This document shows positions 34,353 through 47,960 of a DNA stretch of 64,000 bases, piece by piece. Under the pieces are notes generated by a model. That model did not search any database, was not told the DNA's origin, and was given only the letters and a program-made list of their open reading frames with translations. The stretch comes from Azolla caroliniana. Lineage: Eukaryota > Plantae > Polypodiophyta. The translations under genes were made by a program, and so were the position numbers. The stretch's first letter is position 1, and each line of letters begins with the position of its first letter. The stretch lies in assembly GCA_043228905.1 (NCBI GenBank), contig JBHGNT010000020.1, positions 1,240,001-1,304,000 on the forward strand, in the 5' to 3' direction.

Positions 34353-37300
34353 TGTTGTGAAATTTCGACAAAGATACGTGAACTTGAGGCAGGACCCCGA
34401 GGCCTCCGACCAGAGGATAACAAATTCGTGCGTTTTGTGAGATATGGGATTACAATCTTTCCCAAAGATTGGGATTACAAAAGTTTTAGGGTCTGTGAGA
34501 TATGGTTTCAATAAGAAAAAAAAATTAACGTTTATGCGAGAGATGACTTTGATAAGAAAAAAAAAAAAAAAGGTTTATGTGAGAGATGGCGTCGATCCCC
34601 TAAGGAAAAATTAGAGTTGAAGGATTATCGAGACATGGCTTTTTCTCCCCCTGCCCAGTTACATGCATCCACACATTACCTTTACTTTAGTTGCATGGGC
34701 TCTCCGTTCAGATGCATGCGTCCACACATGACCTTTACTTTAGTTGTATGGCCTCTACATTCAGTTGCATGCGTCCACAAATGACCTTTACTTTAGTTGT
34801 ATGTCCTCTATGTTCAGCTGCATGGGTCGACACATGGCCTTTACTTTAGTTGTATGGCCTCTATGTTCAGTTGCATGCAGCCACACATTTCCACATGTGC
34901 ATGATCCGTACAGTCGTCTCGTCTAATCCGCGCATCCCGATTGTCCCGACGATTCCAAATCATTTTGAGCAATTTCATCCACATATGTGACCTTTACTTT
35001 AGTTGTATGGCCTCTACGTTCAATTGCATGCGACCACACATTTCCACCTATGCATGATCCGTACAGTCGTCCCGATTGTCCCGACCAATCCAAATCGTTT
35101 TGAGCAATTTCATCCACCTCTGTTCGTCTAAGAAGTTCCACCGCATCCGTTTGTCCGGACAATTCAGCCTAAATCACTCTAACCGTTATATGCTCCAAAC
35201 GTACATATATGGAGCAATAGGTTCTAGTTTTCCTTATATATAGTTGGATCTAATGTTATCCTATCTATGTGGGATATCTCACAGTTCTGTTTTCCCTATC
35301 TTCTCAAACTTCATACTCACATAACTTGATACTTAGTTGTCCGTTTCATATGTTACAATGTGTTTAGAAGCTCTTGAAGGTGTCTATCTTTCCATACCAA
35401 GACATTAAGCTAATCTAAAATAATTATTTCATTATTTTTCATATCATGTGTGAAGGACCACACGGCATTCACCCCCACCAAACTTGCACATCCACCGGTA
35501 TGTGTCAATTGCAGTGAGGTTCCTCTTTTGATTACTCTATTTCGTCGCCAATACCCAAGATAGAATCGTCTAAAGCTTCAAATCCGATTTCCATTCTATC
35601 TCTTCTCTTGAAGATATTGATGCTTTTCCCGGCAATTGGCAAAACAAGTGATGTACCATCCAGTTCTGCTAAACGATATGTTGCATTATCTTCCACTGTC
35701 TTCACCACATATCGTCCAAACCTTCACTGCGAAAATTTTTGAGCCGTATTATGTTGGTTATCTAGGTTACTGTCGTAAACTAGCACCCAATCTCCTTTAA
35801 CGATTTTCCTCAGACAAAGTCGATGTCGTATGTCGAAATCTTTCTTGTTCTTCAGCCTTGCATTCTTTAGTCATGCTTTAGCCAGTTCTATATCTTTCGA
35901 CTTTTACTCCAACAGTCGAATCCTCAATGCTAGTAGATCTTCTTTGCTTATCTAATCTTTTCATGTCAATGCCATCCTTGAACCAATACTTTGTTCCACT
36001 AGCATTATCGGCTTCTGTCCGAATATGAGCTCTGTCGGCATGTATCACGTCACCGTGCTATGAGTAATCTTGTCAACCCATAGTGCAAATGGCAACAAAC
36101 GTGGTCATTCTCCTATTTTCCATGTCCACGTTCCACTTTCCCATTCGCTTCCAGATTATACGTCGTGGTAAGAGATAACTTGATTCCCATCTTGGTGAAG
36201 AATTCTCTAACTTCATTGGCGTCCAACTCACCTCAATCAGCCACTATCTGGCCAACGCATCCATATCTGCAAATAACATCTTCAAGAAGGAATCTACATA
36301 TTGATGATGTCTCCTTTGTTCTCAATGCTCGTCCTTCAACTTGATTAGTAAGATCCTCTCTCATGAGCACAAGATACCTCATCTTCCATCGGCACATTGG
36401 CATCATTACGATGTCCACGAACCACTTGTAATGCATAGCCAACGGGTAAGTCGGATGAAGTTCATCACGATGGTGAACATTTGACATTCCTTACATGTTT
36501 CCACATAAGTTGCTACATTCTTGTAGATGCCCAACCACCAATATTTCTCCTTAAGCTTCGCGAATGTAGCCCATATTCCTCGATGGCCTCCAAAAACACT
36601 ATCATGAAATTCAAACATTAATTTTTGTTGGTCTTTCATCTGTAGACAACTCTCATTGGAGTTCCATTCTTCTTTTTCGCATGCCTCCAAAGAGCTCCAT
36701 CCTTAAGGAAATACTTGTATGCCTTCTTCCAAATTTGGTGGAAGTCTTCTGTCTACTAGGATTCATCTCTTTGGAGAGAACTTAAGTATTTCCCAATCTC
36801 CACGAATTCTCCTTCATAGTCCTCTTGTATGAATGTAGTCAGCACCCAAGCGTAGGAACTTGTAAAGAAGTCCAAGCCAACATCCTCTTCATCTGAATGT
36901 TGATCTTCTTCTTCGTTGTATCTCGCTCACGATAGCATGTCTGCAACGACATTACGCTTCCCAGCTACATGATGGATATCCGGGTTGAGTCATTTGATAT
37001 ATGCGATCCAACGTAACATGGCAATATCCGGTATACTACAACCATATATCATACCCAAGATTGGTAGGCAATCTGTCTCGATTATGACTTCTGCTCCAAT
37101 AAGGTAGTCATGATCAGATTTGATCGCCGATACGATTCCCCATAGTTCCCTCTTCACTTGGGCATACCTTCTTTGCCTGTCACTTAACAGTTTCGCGCAA
37201 ACCGAATCGCATATCAGTTACAATCTTCGTCTTCTTGGTTGATAACCTATCTTATTCTGGTTAGACTAGTATCCATGGTCACGAAAATGGGCTTGTTGTC

Positions 37301-40300
37301 CGAATAGTCCACCTTCCGTAATGTTGGTGCCTCCATCAATAATTTCTTCAGCCTTCGGATGGCGAAAGTATGCTCGCTCCTCCATTCAAACCTCCGCTTC
37401 TTCTTTAGCAAACCATACAATGGCTCAACAATGTGGGCATAGTGTGGAATCCAAATATGATAAAATGTGCATGCTCCAAGGAACCTTTGAACCTCTATTT
37501 GAGGTATGTATTCTTCCTTCATGTCTTCGATCGCATTCACCTTGGATGGCGAAGGCTTCTTGCCGTATGCTCCACACAAGTGACCTACCACCAAGATCTT
37601 TGGTTGCTCGAATGCGGATTTTTCTCCCAAAAATATCAAATTCGCATCTTCAAGCCTTGGCAGCCCTTTTTCACAATCCTTCATATGATCCATGACGAAC
37701 ATTCTGCATCCATCCTTATCTTTCGATTAATCCTTCTCCTCATCCAAACACCCTTTTATCGGAATATTATCCAAGAAGGGCATTGTGATTCCCAGGATGC
37801 AATCCTTCAAAACCTTGTTCATGGCATTCACCATATGAGCCACCAAGTTCGTTGAACCTTGAGGTAAGGTACACATCCTCACATGCCCAATTGGAGTCCT
37901 CATGGTTGTAATGTCACGACTATCAACCGCCAATTGGAATTGATCGTATCCAGAGGAGAGATAGACCGGCCTGCAAACGCCTCGGCAAATTCATCCACAC
38001 TCGGACCAATTCCAACATTCTGAATTGTCACCTTGTTGACGGGTTGAAGATCTTGGATGAATCGCAATGATCCATTCTTCTTCGGCACCGTGAACCACCT
38101 ATTAGAGTAAGGAGCATTCGACGGTTCCAGAATTCCCATATTCACCTTCTGTCATGATGACACTCACATCATGCCTCAAAAAGATTTGAACCAACGACCT
38201 TGTTGTACACATTCAAATCCTTAACCATTGTATTAATATTCTTATATGTATAGTTTTTAGAATATATAATCTAATATCATAGGAATATTCTATATTACTC
38301 TACATTCTAGAATAATCGAGAATATTCTAGAGTGTTCTATACACTAGAACCTTCTAGGATGACCTAGAATATTCTAGAGTGTTCTCTATTACTTATAAAT
38401 AGGGATCTATCATTCATCCCAAACCTAAATTGGTTCAACGCCATTTTGTAGCACTCTATTGCCTACTCCTTGTAATCCATTTTACTCTGCAATACAATAT
38501 TTCCATTGCTCTCTCTTTCTCTCTCTCTTTCTTGGCACCTTCTCCTTTAAGAGCTTGATTAGCTTCGGTAGGTGTGCTCTCAGAACCGGTATCAACTTTA
38601 CAAATTCCAAGGCACACCGTGAAGATCACCATCAATTCCACCGTCCTTGGATCAACACATCCAATTTCTTGTGGGAAAAATGCAAAAGTCTTCCCATGTC
38701 TTTCAAGCATTCCACGGAACATTCGCTCCTCTTCACGGAGGAGGAAATCCTCCCTTCCAACTCGTAGCTTTCCTTTTGTCTTTTTAGTGAAGACATGACC
38801 TATTGTCTTCGGATTCCTTAATCTTGGATCTTTTGCCAACTATCTTCCGATAGCGGAACCACAACTGGCTTGATCTTCTTATCCACCGTTTTATATTTTG
38901 TGTTGACTTCAGCTTCCTCCATCAAGATGTCTCGATGATATTCATCGATGATAGCATACATGTTGATGGAGTTAACCAAAATGATGTGTTGATCGTGAAG
39001 ATAGCTCAAGTTCACGACTTCCTCAATTTCGCTGATGGTGTTGTTAAATGAGGCTTCTTCCAAAATATGAGTCACAAATTCTTCTTCTCCTATTATGCTT
39101 TCTTCTTTCAGCACCTTCTTGAAGTGTTGTATCTGACACTGGTCCTTCTTGTTGAGTAGTGTTAGTTTACATGCGCCGCTAGGTGTGACACATGTTACTT
39201 ATCCTTGCAATCCACACGTTGTGCTTCCTTGTGGGGACTTATGATTGTTCGGACTATTTCTGCCCCACGCTTCAATAGTCCGCTCTAAAAATCTAAGGAT
39301 TCGCCTCCAAGGCTATCGCCGTTCCTTTCATGATTAGCTCACACTATCAGGAATTGAACAAATCTTTGACTTTCAAGGCTCTTGACGCACGCGAAGGCTG
39401 CTCCATTATCGAACACCTTGGTCTCCATCTGGGACGATGTGATATACAGTTTTCCTAGGATGATAGGATGTGAAACTGAGTCTTGCATGAAGAAGTGTTG
39501 ATCAATCTCCACATCCCCGACTGTGACTTGAACATTGGGGCAAGCTCCGTACAAGTCCTCTATGGCCTTCGTCGCCACTCAAATCTTCCATCCATGGTTC
39601 TTATTAATCGGCCATCTTCCTATCTTGTAGAACTCAGTAGACATGAGGTTGATCTCCGAGCCATGGTCAATCAAGGCCACCACGGTCTCTTTCTTGTGCC
39701 CGATCTTCATTGGCATCTCCGTTGTCGTTCTTGCCCAATGAGGTCAAGAGTAATGGTTGTCCGCCATCACTTCATCTTCTTCCTCTTCTTCCGATCTTGG
39801 CATGGTTATGGCACTTCTTTTCACCTCCTCTTCATCCGATTGTTGTTGCTTCCTCTTAATAAGGTCCACGATAGTATCATGGAACTCCTTAGCGATCCCA
39901 AGCAGTTCTCTCAAAGTATGGTCAACATCACTGTCTAAAACCTTCTCCTCAAGGACCTTCCGCAATTCTGTTATATGTTCTATGTCCGACCTTAGCTTCT
40001 AAGTCGGTGCCACTCATTCTTTTCCTTTCTTCGCTGATTCGAGAAGGTTGGCTCGATCCACTAGGCTTCATGCTTGTTTCTTCAACCTATTTTCGTGGCA
40101 TAGGTTGGGCTTGCCCTTCTTTCCCTACGTTCCTCGTATTGGAACTCTTTGACGTGCCATCTTCTTCACTAGTTCTTTTCCTCTTCTATTTGACAAGACC
40201 TTCATAGTTGTCACACACAACATCCACAAAGCTTGTGTTATTGTCGATTGGATCCAACCATCTAGTAACTCGTCGCATATTCCAATCAGAATGTTTTAGA

Positions 40301-40797
40301 TCCTCCAAATCAATTTTTCCTTTCTTCTCCCACTCGAAGACCATCGGCCAAAACCCAGCTCCTGGCTTGATCTTCTTTAGATTCTCTCTTCCAACTCGTA
40401 TCCCAGTTGATGCGGCATAGTGCATAACTTCCACATGCCTTGCATCTTCCTCTTCCACAATCTTTTTAAGCCCGCCTCTTCCGAAGTTCACTCGTAGTGG
40501 CTTCCGAGTCTCGCTCGAGTGGATCATGTTGTCGTTCAAATAGACGACGTTCTTGTGAATCGAGTATTGCAAGTCAGTGCACTCCCTTCGTGAGTGTTCG
40601 AAGCTATCGCACCACATGCATCTAAACGCTTCTTTTCCCTTGGGCCCACGTCGACCTAAGTTGGCCAACGATACCGCTTCAAAAATTTTGGATAGCTCTT
40701 CGATTATAGATTCCCCCATTGCTTTCTTGTCGAAATTGTTGATCGGCTTGCTAGGCTCAATCGTCGCAGGCGCCTTCCTCCTCCGGGGTAGAGCACG
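34353..40797 (-). mobile_element. Decayed Ty3/gypsy element: gag-PR-RT-RH-INT, PPT (~35468-35480), 3' LTR 34353-35467
   Basis: CMWCDSFEH knuckle, IDHGSEINLM protease, CTLPQGSTN/PFLDNIPIKG RT, HDS..GHRGIWATF integrase. LTR starts TGCCGTGTGG on - strand. Confidence 0.9.
38150..38537 (+). mobile_element. Solo LTR (388 bp) with 5-bp TSD CCTTC, HSE cluster and antisense tRNA-like module
   Basis: TG...CA; ccttc at 38145-38149 and 38538-38542; TATAAAT at 38394; repeated GAAnnTTC at 38282-38385. It interrupts the gypsy pol frame. Confidence 0.9.
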
Positions 40798-41114
40798 CTA
40801 TGGTGTATTAACTTTTGGCCAAACTTTAGTACTAATTCCATGTGGAGGAAAAACTTTAAAATGTAAAAATAAATCCAATATTTGGGTTTAAAAAGTTGAT
40901 CACTTGTGTTAAAATTAAAAGTCAAATTCAATGAAAATAGATTTCAAATATGAAAAAACATCACTTGTGTTAAAATCCTAAGTAATGTTGTAAGGAGGTC
41001 TTAACTATATAAGATCTCGAGTAGTCAGTCAATCATGAAGATAGTCTGTCTATGTCTCTTCCACTCTGTCTCTCTGTCTCTCTTGGCTCGAAGGTTTATC
41101 TCGAACTTTCAGTT

Positions 41115-41167
<53 letters not shown>

Positions 41168-43236
41168 ACTCGGTGATTCCCTAGGTTCGTACCTCCTCTC
41201 TCTCTCACTCTTTCCTTCCCCCTTCTACTCGTTATAACATTCACTATGTTCATACCCCCCTCCCTCCCTCTCTCTCTCTTCCAACTTCTACACATGTTTC
41301 TCCATGTTCTTAACTCACCCTACAAACTCTGAGCATTCCCTGCTCGTCGTGTCCTCTTTGCAACAATAGTACACTCAGGTGTCCTACTGTGTCCTCATTG
41401 CATCAACATTAGGTGTTCAACTGTGTCCTCATCGCATCCTCTCTCTCTCAAGTGTTGTACTATGTCCTCGTTGCATCAAGCTTTCCTCTATTGGCCGTGT
41501 TCTCTCTCTCAAGAGTTCTTTGAAGTGTGGTCTGCTCACTGTGTCCCCTTCGCATTGGTCTCTGCTTTGCTGGTCGTGTTCCCTCTACCTAGTTTGTTCG
41601 TTTGCTTGCAACCCGTCTTTCAAAGAATTCAACAACGACATTTGATACATGTTCTATTGTATGTTTGATTCTATCTGTTTTTCTCATTTAGGGTTTTGTT
41701 GTTCTTGTTGTTGTTCTCCCTTGATCATTTGAGTGCTTTGTAAATGCATATGCTTTAATTTGAGAGTGTTGTATATGCTTATGTCATTTTCTATAGGTGC
41801 TTGAATTTTGTACATCTGCAACCATAATGATGTTTGGGACATGTTCATCAGTATGTTTGATTCTATCTATTATTATCATTTAGGGTTTTGTTGTTGTTGT
41901 TGTTGTTGTTCTCCCTTGATCATTTGAGAGCTTCGTACATGCATATGCTTGAATTTGAGAGTCGTTCAACATGTGTATATGTTAAGTATCGGGAGTCAAC
42001 ATTATGTTTCATATCCGACATCTCCTTGAATTCTATATTATTTAATATTGTTTACTATTGTTGTGCATGATTTATTGTTATTTACTATTGTTGTGCATGT
42101 GAGGCGAAGAAGAGAGACAGGATTCACATGACAAGGAAGACACCCACAAAGAAGAAAATGGTCACCGAAAATGTCATCACACCATGCAAGGAAAGAAAAA
42201 GGACCCCCATCAAAGAAAGTAAGATGACCCCCACCAGAGGGAGGTCGAAGTTTTCAGCAACTCAGGGACAAAAGGTTCACACAAACATCCTTCGAGGTAC
42301 AAAATTGGGATGGGGTTATTTCCTTTGTGCACGACCTGTCACTTATGAAGGCCTAGACATGTGGATGATGAAAACTTGGGGCTCATCACAACCTGAGACA
42401 CAGAGAGGTTTCCACCTCACTCAATTGAAGAAGGATTATATCACTGAACTAAAGTCACGATATGAACAAGTTTATGATACGAAACATATCCTAAACAATG
42501 AGGTAAGATCTGTCTTTGCACGTGCATTTGCATGTGAACTCTATGGTGACATTGAAGTTGATCGGGAAGATTTTGCTCATTCATCGACAATCACATTATA
42601 GAGGGTCCTCAATTACCAACACTACCATGAAGTTTGAGGGTACCTCTCATATTGAAATCCCAACTTGGACATCTGTGTTGACTCAACAAATTGCAAAACA
42701 AAAATCCACATTGACAGAGAAACATGAAGAGTGATTATTGCGCTGTATAACTTCCATGCAAACAAAAATGCAAGCACTACTAGCCGATTTGGAAGAAGTT
42801 TCATCTGGTGAGATGGCAACAGAGAAACAATTCACATCTATGTCGAATACATACGAATGGATTGCATAAACAATCCAAAATTCTAAAATCAATGTGTTAA
42901 AAGAGGAGTTGAAGAAGGAGCTCACAACTATGGGTACTCATATGGAAGCACAAAAGAAAGATGTAGAGACATGGCGTTCTTATCATTCGGAAATTGATGA
43001 GCAATTATCAGCCTTAAAGTTGCATTTAGAGAACCTAACATGTTTGATGAAGGGTCTAAAAGAAAAAGGTTTAGATACTTTGTGTCCAGACGTAGTTGAG
43101 CATGGAAAGTACAATTACAATCATTACTATATCACAGTAATGGTTTATATTTCTCCTTTTTGATCTTCTATGGTATAAAATATCATTGGTGCTAATATAG
43201 TGTATGTTGTGTCTTGTTACTGAAGGTCTTTATTTT

Positions 43237-43847
43237 TGTCGGGATTACGGTCCCTTCGGATGGGATGGTCGGATGTCGGAGATGAATGCCGACGAGCCCG
43301 GTTTCGGTTTCGGAACCGGATGATGAAGACCCCGGCTTCGGAGCCGGATGACGAATATACCCGGAGAGCGATCCGGATGCAAGGACATATCCGTGAATAT
43401 GTTTGCTATGGGCCCCTGAGGCTACAGTTGTAAATAGCCCCAAAGTCATATATGTATAAATATGACTTAGGGCAAACTGTTTTATTGTTGTTGATCATTT
43501 TTCTGTTTTTCCACTCAAGAGGAGTGAAGAGTGAGCAGCCGTGAGAGAGAGAGAGAGATAGAGCGTGAGAGAGGAAGAGGACGACGCCTCTTTGTATTTC
43601 CGCCGCCTGTGGCGAGGACAGCGAGCTCAAGGTCGTCGCCTTGCAGCTCGCCATTGTATACTTCTCTTTGTATAGTGTTGGTTTGGAGTCTTGTACTCCC
43701 GTGGTTTTTCCCATCTAGGGTTTTCCACGTTAATCACTGTGTATTCGTGTGTTTCTCTCTGTTTTTCCTATTTTCTGCTGCATTGATTCGAAGATTACTT
43801 GGTTGTGGCCGAGTGAAGAAGGTGAATCGAAGCGTCGATTCCCAACA
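43237..43847 (+). repeat. 5' LTR of intact copia
   Basis: Direct repeat of 47961-48571. Confidence 0.97.
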
Positions 43848-43876
43848 AACTGGTATCAGAGCGACTGCTGCAGAAA

Positions 43877-46800
43877 ATGGAAGGCGGCGGCAGCGGGCAG
43901 CCGGGGATGATGGTGCTGACTGCGCAGAATTACGCCGACTGGAAGATCAAGATGGAGGATCTTGTGATTGTTTGGGACCTGTACGAACCGATTGACAGGT
44001 CGGAAATACCGAAAGGGGTACTTGAGTCGGAATGGAGGCTTCTGAACCGGAAAGCCGTTGCAACCATTCGGCAATACGTCGACGTGAGCGTTCTACAACA
44101 TGTGGCGAACGACACCAACGCATATGAGATGTGGCGGAAGCTGTCGGGCCTCTACGAGAGGAAAAATGCGTTGAACCGGACCTCCCTGATGAGGAAGATA
44201 GTGAATCTCAAGTACCGGGACGGCGAGAGTATGGTGGAACACGTAAGCACGTTCATGGGATTCGTGAATCAGCTTGCGGCGATCAAGTTCCCGTTGGAGG
44301 ATGCAATGCAAGCCATCATCCTGATGTGTACATTGCCGGAAAGCTGGGAGAACTTGGTGGTGACTCTCAGCACCTCCTGCACCGAAGATAACTTGTCCTT
44401 ACAAACGGTAAAGACAAGTATTTTGAACGAAGAAGCGCGTCGGAGAGATAAAGAACCGGCCTCCGACACGAAGGCGCTGCTTACCGAATCGGATCGGGGA
44501 AGACAATGGAATCGGAGTCCGCAAAGACGGGAGAAGTCGGGGACCCGGTCGCAGTCAAGAGGAAGGCCCACATGCTTCCACTGTGGGAAGCCGGGGCACT
44601 TCCGAAAGAATTATCGGCATTACCGAAAAGACAACGGAGCCGACGACACCGATTCGAAGAAGTCACCGGAGAGAAAAGGTGCATACCGGGGAGCCACGGA
44701 CCGGAGAGGTTCGGATCGGCGAGGGCAGGACCGGAAAGGAACAACGGCACTCGCGGCAAGTGAGGAAGAAATCATGCTCATCACCGAAGAAGGTGAACTA
44801 AACATTGCCGGCGATGAGACGACCTGGGTGGTCGATTCAGGAGCATCGTTCCACCTGACCCCGGAGAGAAGATACTTCTCATCCTACACAGCCGGTGAGC
44901 ATGGCTGTGTTCGGATGGGAAATGAAGGTACGTGCCGGATTGCCGGCATAGGAGACGTGTGGTTGACAACCCCGACCGGATGCAAAATGCTGCTGAAGGA
45001 TGTCCGACACGTTCCGGAGGTTCGATTGAACCTGATTTCGGCCGGGAGGCTAGACGATGAAGGCTACACAGGTAGCATCCGGAACGGCGTAATGAAGTTC
45101 AGCAAGGGGAGCCTGATAGTGGCTCGGGCCCGGAAAGACAACACACTGTACCTGATGAATGCCCGGTTATTTCCTGAAGAGCTGAATGTGGCAGTCGACA
45201 CTGCCGGTGAGCTGTGGCACAAAAGACTGTGTCACATGAGTGAGAAGGGGATGAAGAGGCTTGCAGAAGACAACCTTATTCCAGTGAAGCATGTGCACCT
45301 GGAGAAGTGCACCGATTGCCTGGCCGGTAAGCAGAACCGAACCTCCTTCCACTCAAGGCTACCGACGAGACGTAGCGCACCATTGGAGTTGGTGCACACT
45401 GATGTGTGTCAGGTAGAAACGAAGTCACATGGCGGAGCCCAGTACTTCGTAACATTCATTGATGATCACAGCCGGAAGCTGTGGACGGCACCGATGAAGA
45501 CAAAGGACCAAGTGTTGTGCGTCTTCAAAGAACTCCACGCGAGAGTGGAAAGGGAATCCGGCAAGAAGCTGAAAGCGATACGAGCGGATAACGGAGGGGA
45601 ATACCGGGGGCAGTTCCAGGAGTACTGTCGCTCGAAGGGAATCCGGCTCGAGTTTACTGTGCCGAAGACGCCGGAACTAAACGGGCTGGCCGAGAGGATG
45701 AACCGGACCATAATGGAGAGGGTCCGGAGTATGCTGGCGCATGCGAAATTACCCAAGGGGTTTTGGGCTGAGGCAATGTCGACGGCGACATACGTGATAA
45801 ACAGATCACCCTCAGTACCTTTGGACGGAGACACGCTGCAGAAAGTGTGGACCGGTAAGGAAGTGTCCTACCGGCATCTGAAGGTGTTCGGGTGTCTCGC
45901 ATACGTGCATGTGGCAAAGGACCGGAGAGGAAAGCTAGATCCAAAGACCCGGCCATGCATATTCCTCGGTTACGGCGACGACGAGTTCGGCTACCGAGTA
46001 TGGGACCCAGTCGACAAGAAGATATTCAGGAGTCGAGACATCATCTTCATGGAGGACAAGACACTCGCCGACTGGGAATCGGAGAAGAAGATGAAGAGCT
46101 CCAAGTCGACCGGTGAGGATCAACTCTACGAGGAGCAGTCCCGACCGGCAAGGGACCGGTTAGCACTCGAGGATCCGGCCGAAGACGGTGAAGAAACAGA
46201 ACCGGCCGAAGAAGATGAAAATGATACCGGAACCGGCCCCGATCCCGAAATGGATTCGGATGAAGAAGAATCGGAAGAACCGGTTACCGAAGCTCCGGAA
46301 CGGAGATATCCTCTAAGAGAGAGAAGGGCTCCCCGGAGATTTCCGGAACCAGAGCACGTGCTGCTAACCGACGAAGGGGAGCCGGAGAGCTTTGAAGAAG
46401 CAAAACATGACACCCAGAGCCGCAGGTGGTTGAGTGCCATGCAGGACGAGATGGATTCCCTGCATGAGAACCACACATATGAACTTGTGGAGTTGCCGAA
46501 AGGAAAGCGGGCACTTCGAAACAAGTGGGTGTTCAAGCTGAAACCGGGAGATGCCGGAAACCCCCCGAGATACAAAGCCAGGATCGTGGTGAAGGGGTTT
46601 CAGCAGAAGAAGGGCGTCGACTTCGACGAGATATTTGCCCCGGTAGTGAAGATGACCTCCATCCGGACGGTGCTGAGCATAGCGGCAAGCATGGACCTCG
46701 AGGTAGAACAGATGGACGTGAAGACGGCATTCCTTCACGGTGACCTCGATGAAGAGATCTACATGCAGCAACCGGAAGGATTCGAGAAGAAAGGGAAGGA

Positions 46801-47950
46801 GCACCTGGTATGCCGGTTGAAGAAGAGCCTTTACGGACTGAAGCAGGCTCCCCGGCAATGGTACCGGAAGTTCGACTCCTTCATGACCGACGAAGGGTAC
46901 CTCAAAACGCAGTCCGACCACTGCGTGTTTGTGAAGAAGTTCGAAGGAGGAGACTCTCTAATACTCCTCCTGTACGTGGACGACATGTTGATCGTCGGAC
47001 GGGACCAGGTCAAGATACGGATGCTGAAGAAGGCTCTTCACCGAACCTTCTCAATGAAGGACCTGGGTCCGGCGAGGCAAATACTAGGGATGCACATCAT
47101 CCGGGACCGGAAGAAGAAGCAGTTGTGGCTGTCACAGGAGAAGTACGTGACGAAGGTGCTTCACCGGTTCAACATGTCGGAAGCAAGACCGGTCGGATCG
47201 ACCCTCCCGGCAAACTGCAAGCTGTCCAGCAAACAAAGTCCCAAGACAAAGGCTGAAAAGGAGGATATGATGAAAGTGCCGTATGCCTCAGCCGTCGGGA
47301 GCTTGATGTACGCCATGGTGTGTACAAGACCGGACATAGGATATGCAGTCGGAGTGGTGAGCCGGTACATGAGCAATCCCGGCAAAGAGCATTGGAACGC
47401 GGCCAAGTGGATACTCCGATACCTGAAAGGCACGGCAAACGTGTGCCTCCGATTCGGCTCCGGTAAGCCCGAACTCGACGGCTTCACCGATTCGGATATG
47501 TCGGCTGATGCAGATACCAGCCGGTCCACATCAGGGTATGTGATGACGTATGCAGGGGGAGCCGTTTCGTGGCAGTCGAGGCTGCAGAAGACGGTTGCGT
47601 TGTCAACCACGGAGGCGGAGTACATGGCAGCTGTTGAAGCCGGCAAGGAAATAATATGGATGAAGGACTTCATTAGAGAGCTCGGTATCCGGCAGGAGGA
47701 GTACCGACTCTACTGCGACAGTCAGAGTGCAATCCACCTTGCGAAGAACGCGGCCTATCACTCCTGGACGAAGCACATCCAGCGAAGATATCACTGGATC
47801 CGGGAAAGGATAGAAGACAAGGAGTTTGTGCTGACAAAGATCCACACGGACGAGAACGGGTCGGATATGCTGACCAAGGTGCTCACACCCGAGAAGCTGG
47901 AAGCATGCCGGAAGAGGATCGGATTGGAAAGACATCCCATGCCGAAGTGA
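43877..47950 (+). CDS. Copia Gag-Pol polyprotein (1357 aa)
   Basis: Uninterrupted ORF: zinc knuckle CFHCGKPGH, protease WVVDSGAS, integrase HH-CC and D..D..E, RT LLYVDD, RNase H. Confidence 0.97.
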   Translation: MEGGGSGQPGMMVLTAQNYADWKIKMEDLVIVWDLYEPIDRSEIPKGVLESEWRLLNRKAVATIRQYVDVSVLQHVANDTNAYEMWRKLSGLYERKNALNRTSLMRKIVNLKYRDGESMVEHVSTFMGFVNQLAAIKFPLEDAMQAIILMCTLPESWENLVVTLSTSCTEDNLSLQTVKTSILNEEARRRDKEPASDTKALLTESDRGRQWNRSPQRREKSGTRSQSRGRPTCFHCGKPGHFRKNYRHYRKDNGADDTDSKKSPERKGAYRGATDRRGSDRRGQDRKGTTALAASEEEIMLITEEGELNIAGDETTWVVDSGASFHLTPERRYFSSYTAGEHGCVRMGNEGTCRIAGIGDVWLTTPTGCKMLLKDVRHVPEVRLNLISAGRLDDEGYTGSIRNGVMKFSKGSLIVARARKDNTLYLMNARLFPEELNVAVDTAGELWHKRLCHMSEKGMKRLAEDNLIPVKHVHLEKCTDCLAGKQNRTSFHSRLPTRRSAPLELVHTDVCQVETKSHGGAQYFVTFIDDHSRKLWTAPMKTKDQVLCVFKELHARVERESGKKLKAIRADNGGEYRGQFQEYCRSKGIRLEFTVPKTPELNGLAERMNRTIMERVRSMLAHAKLPKGFWAEAMSTATYVINRSPSVPLDGDTLQKVWTGKEVSYRHLKVFGCLAYVHVAKDRRGKLDPKTRPCIFLGYGDDEFGYRVWDPVDKKIFRSRDIIFMEDKTLADWESEKKMKSSKSTGEDQLYEEQSRPARDRLALEDPAEDGEETEPAEEDENDTGTGPDPEMDSDEEESEEPVTEAPERRYPLRERRAPRRFPEPEHVLLTDEGEPESFEEAKHDTQSRRWLSAMQDEMDSLHENHTYELVELPKGKRALRNKWVFKLKPGDAGNPPRYKARIVVKGFQQKKGVDFDEIFAPVVKMTSIRTVLSIAASMDLEVEQMDVKTAFLHGDLDEEIYMQQPEGFEKKGKEHLVCRLKKSLYGLKQAPRQWYRKFDSFMTDEGYLKTQSDHCVFVKKFEGGDSLILLLYVDDMLIVGRDQVKIRMLKKALHRTFSMKDLGPARQILGMHIIRDRKKKQLWLSQEKYVTKVLHRFNMSEARPVGSTLPANCKLSSKQSPKTKAEKEDMMKVPYASAVGSLMYAMVCTRPDIGYAVGVVSRYMSNPGKEHWNAAKWILRYLKGTANVCLRFGSGKPELDGFTDSDMSADADTSRSTSGYVMTYAGGAVSWQSRLQKTVALSTTEAEYMAAVEAGKEIIWMKDFIRELGIRQEEYRLYCDSQSAIHLAKNAAYHSWTKHIQRRYHWIRERIEDKEFVLTKIHTDENGSDMLTKVLTPEKLEACRKRIGLERHPMPK

Positions 47951-47960
47951 AGGGGGAGTT

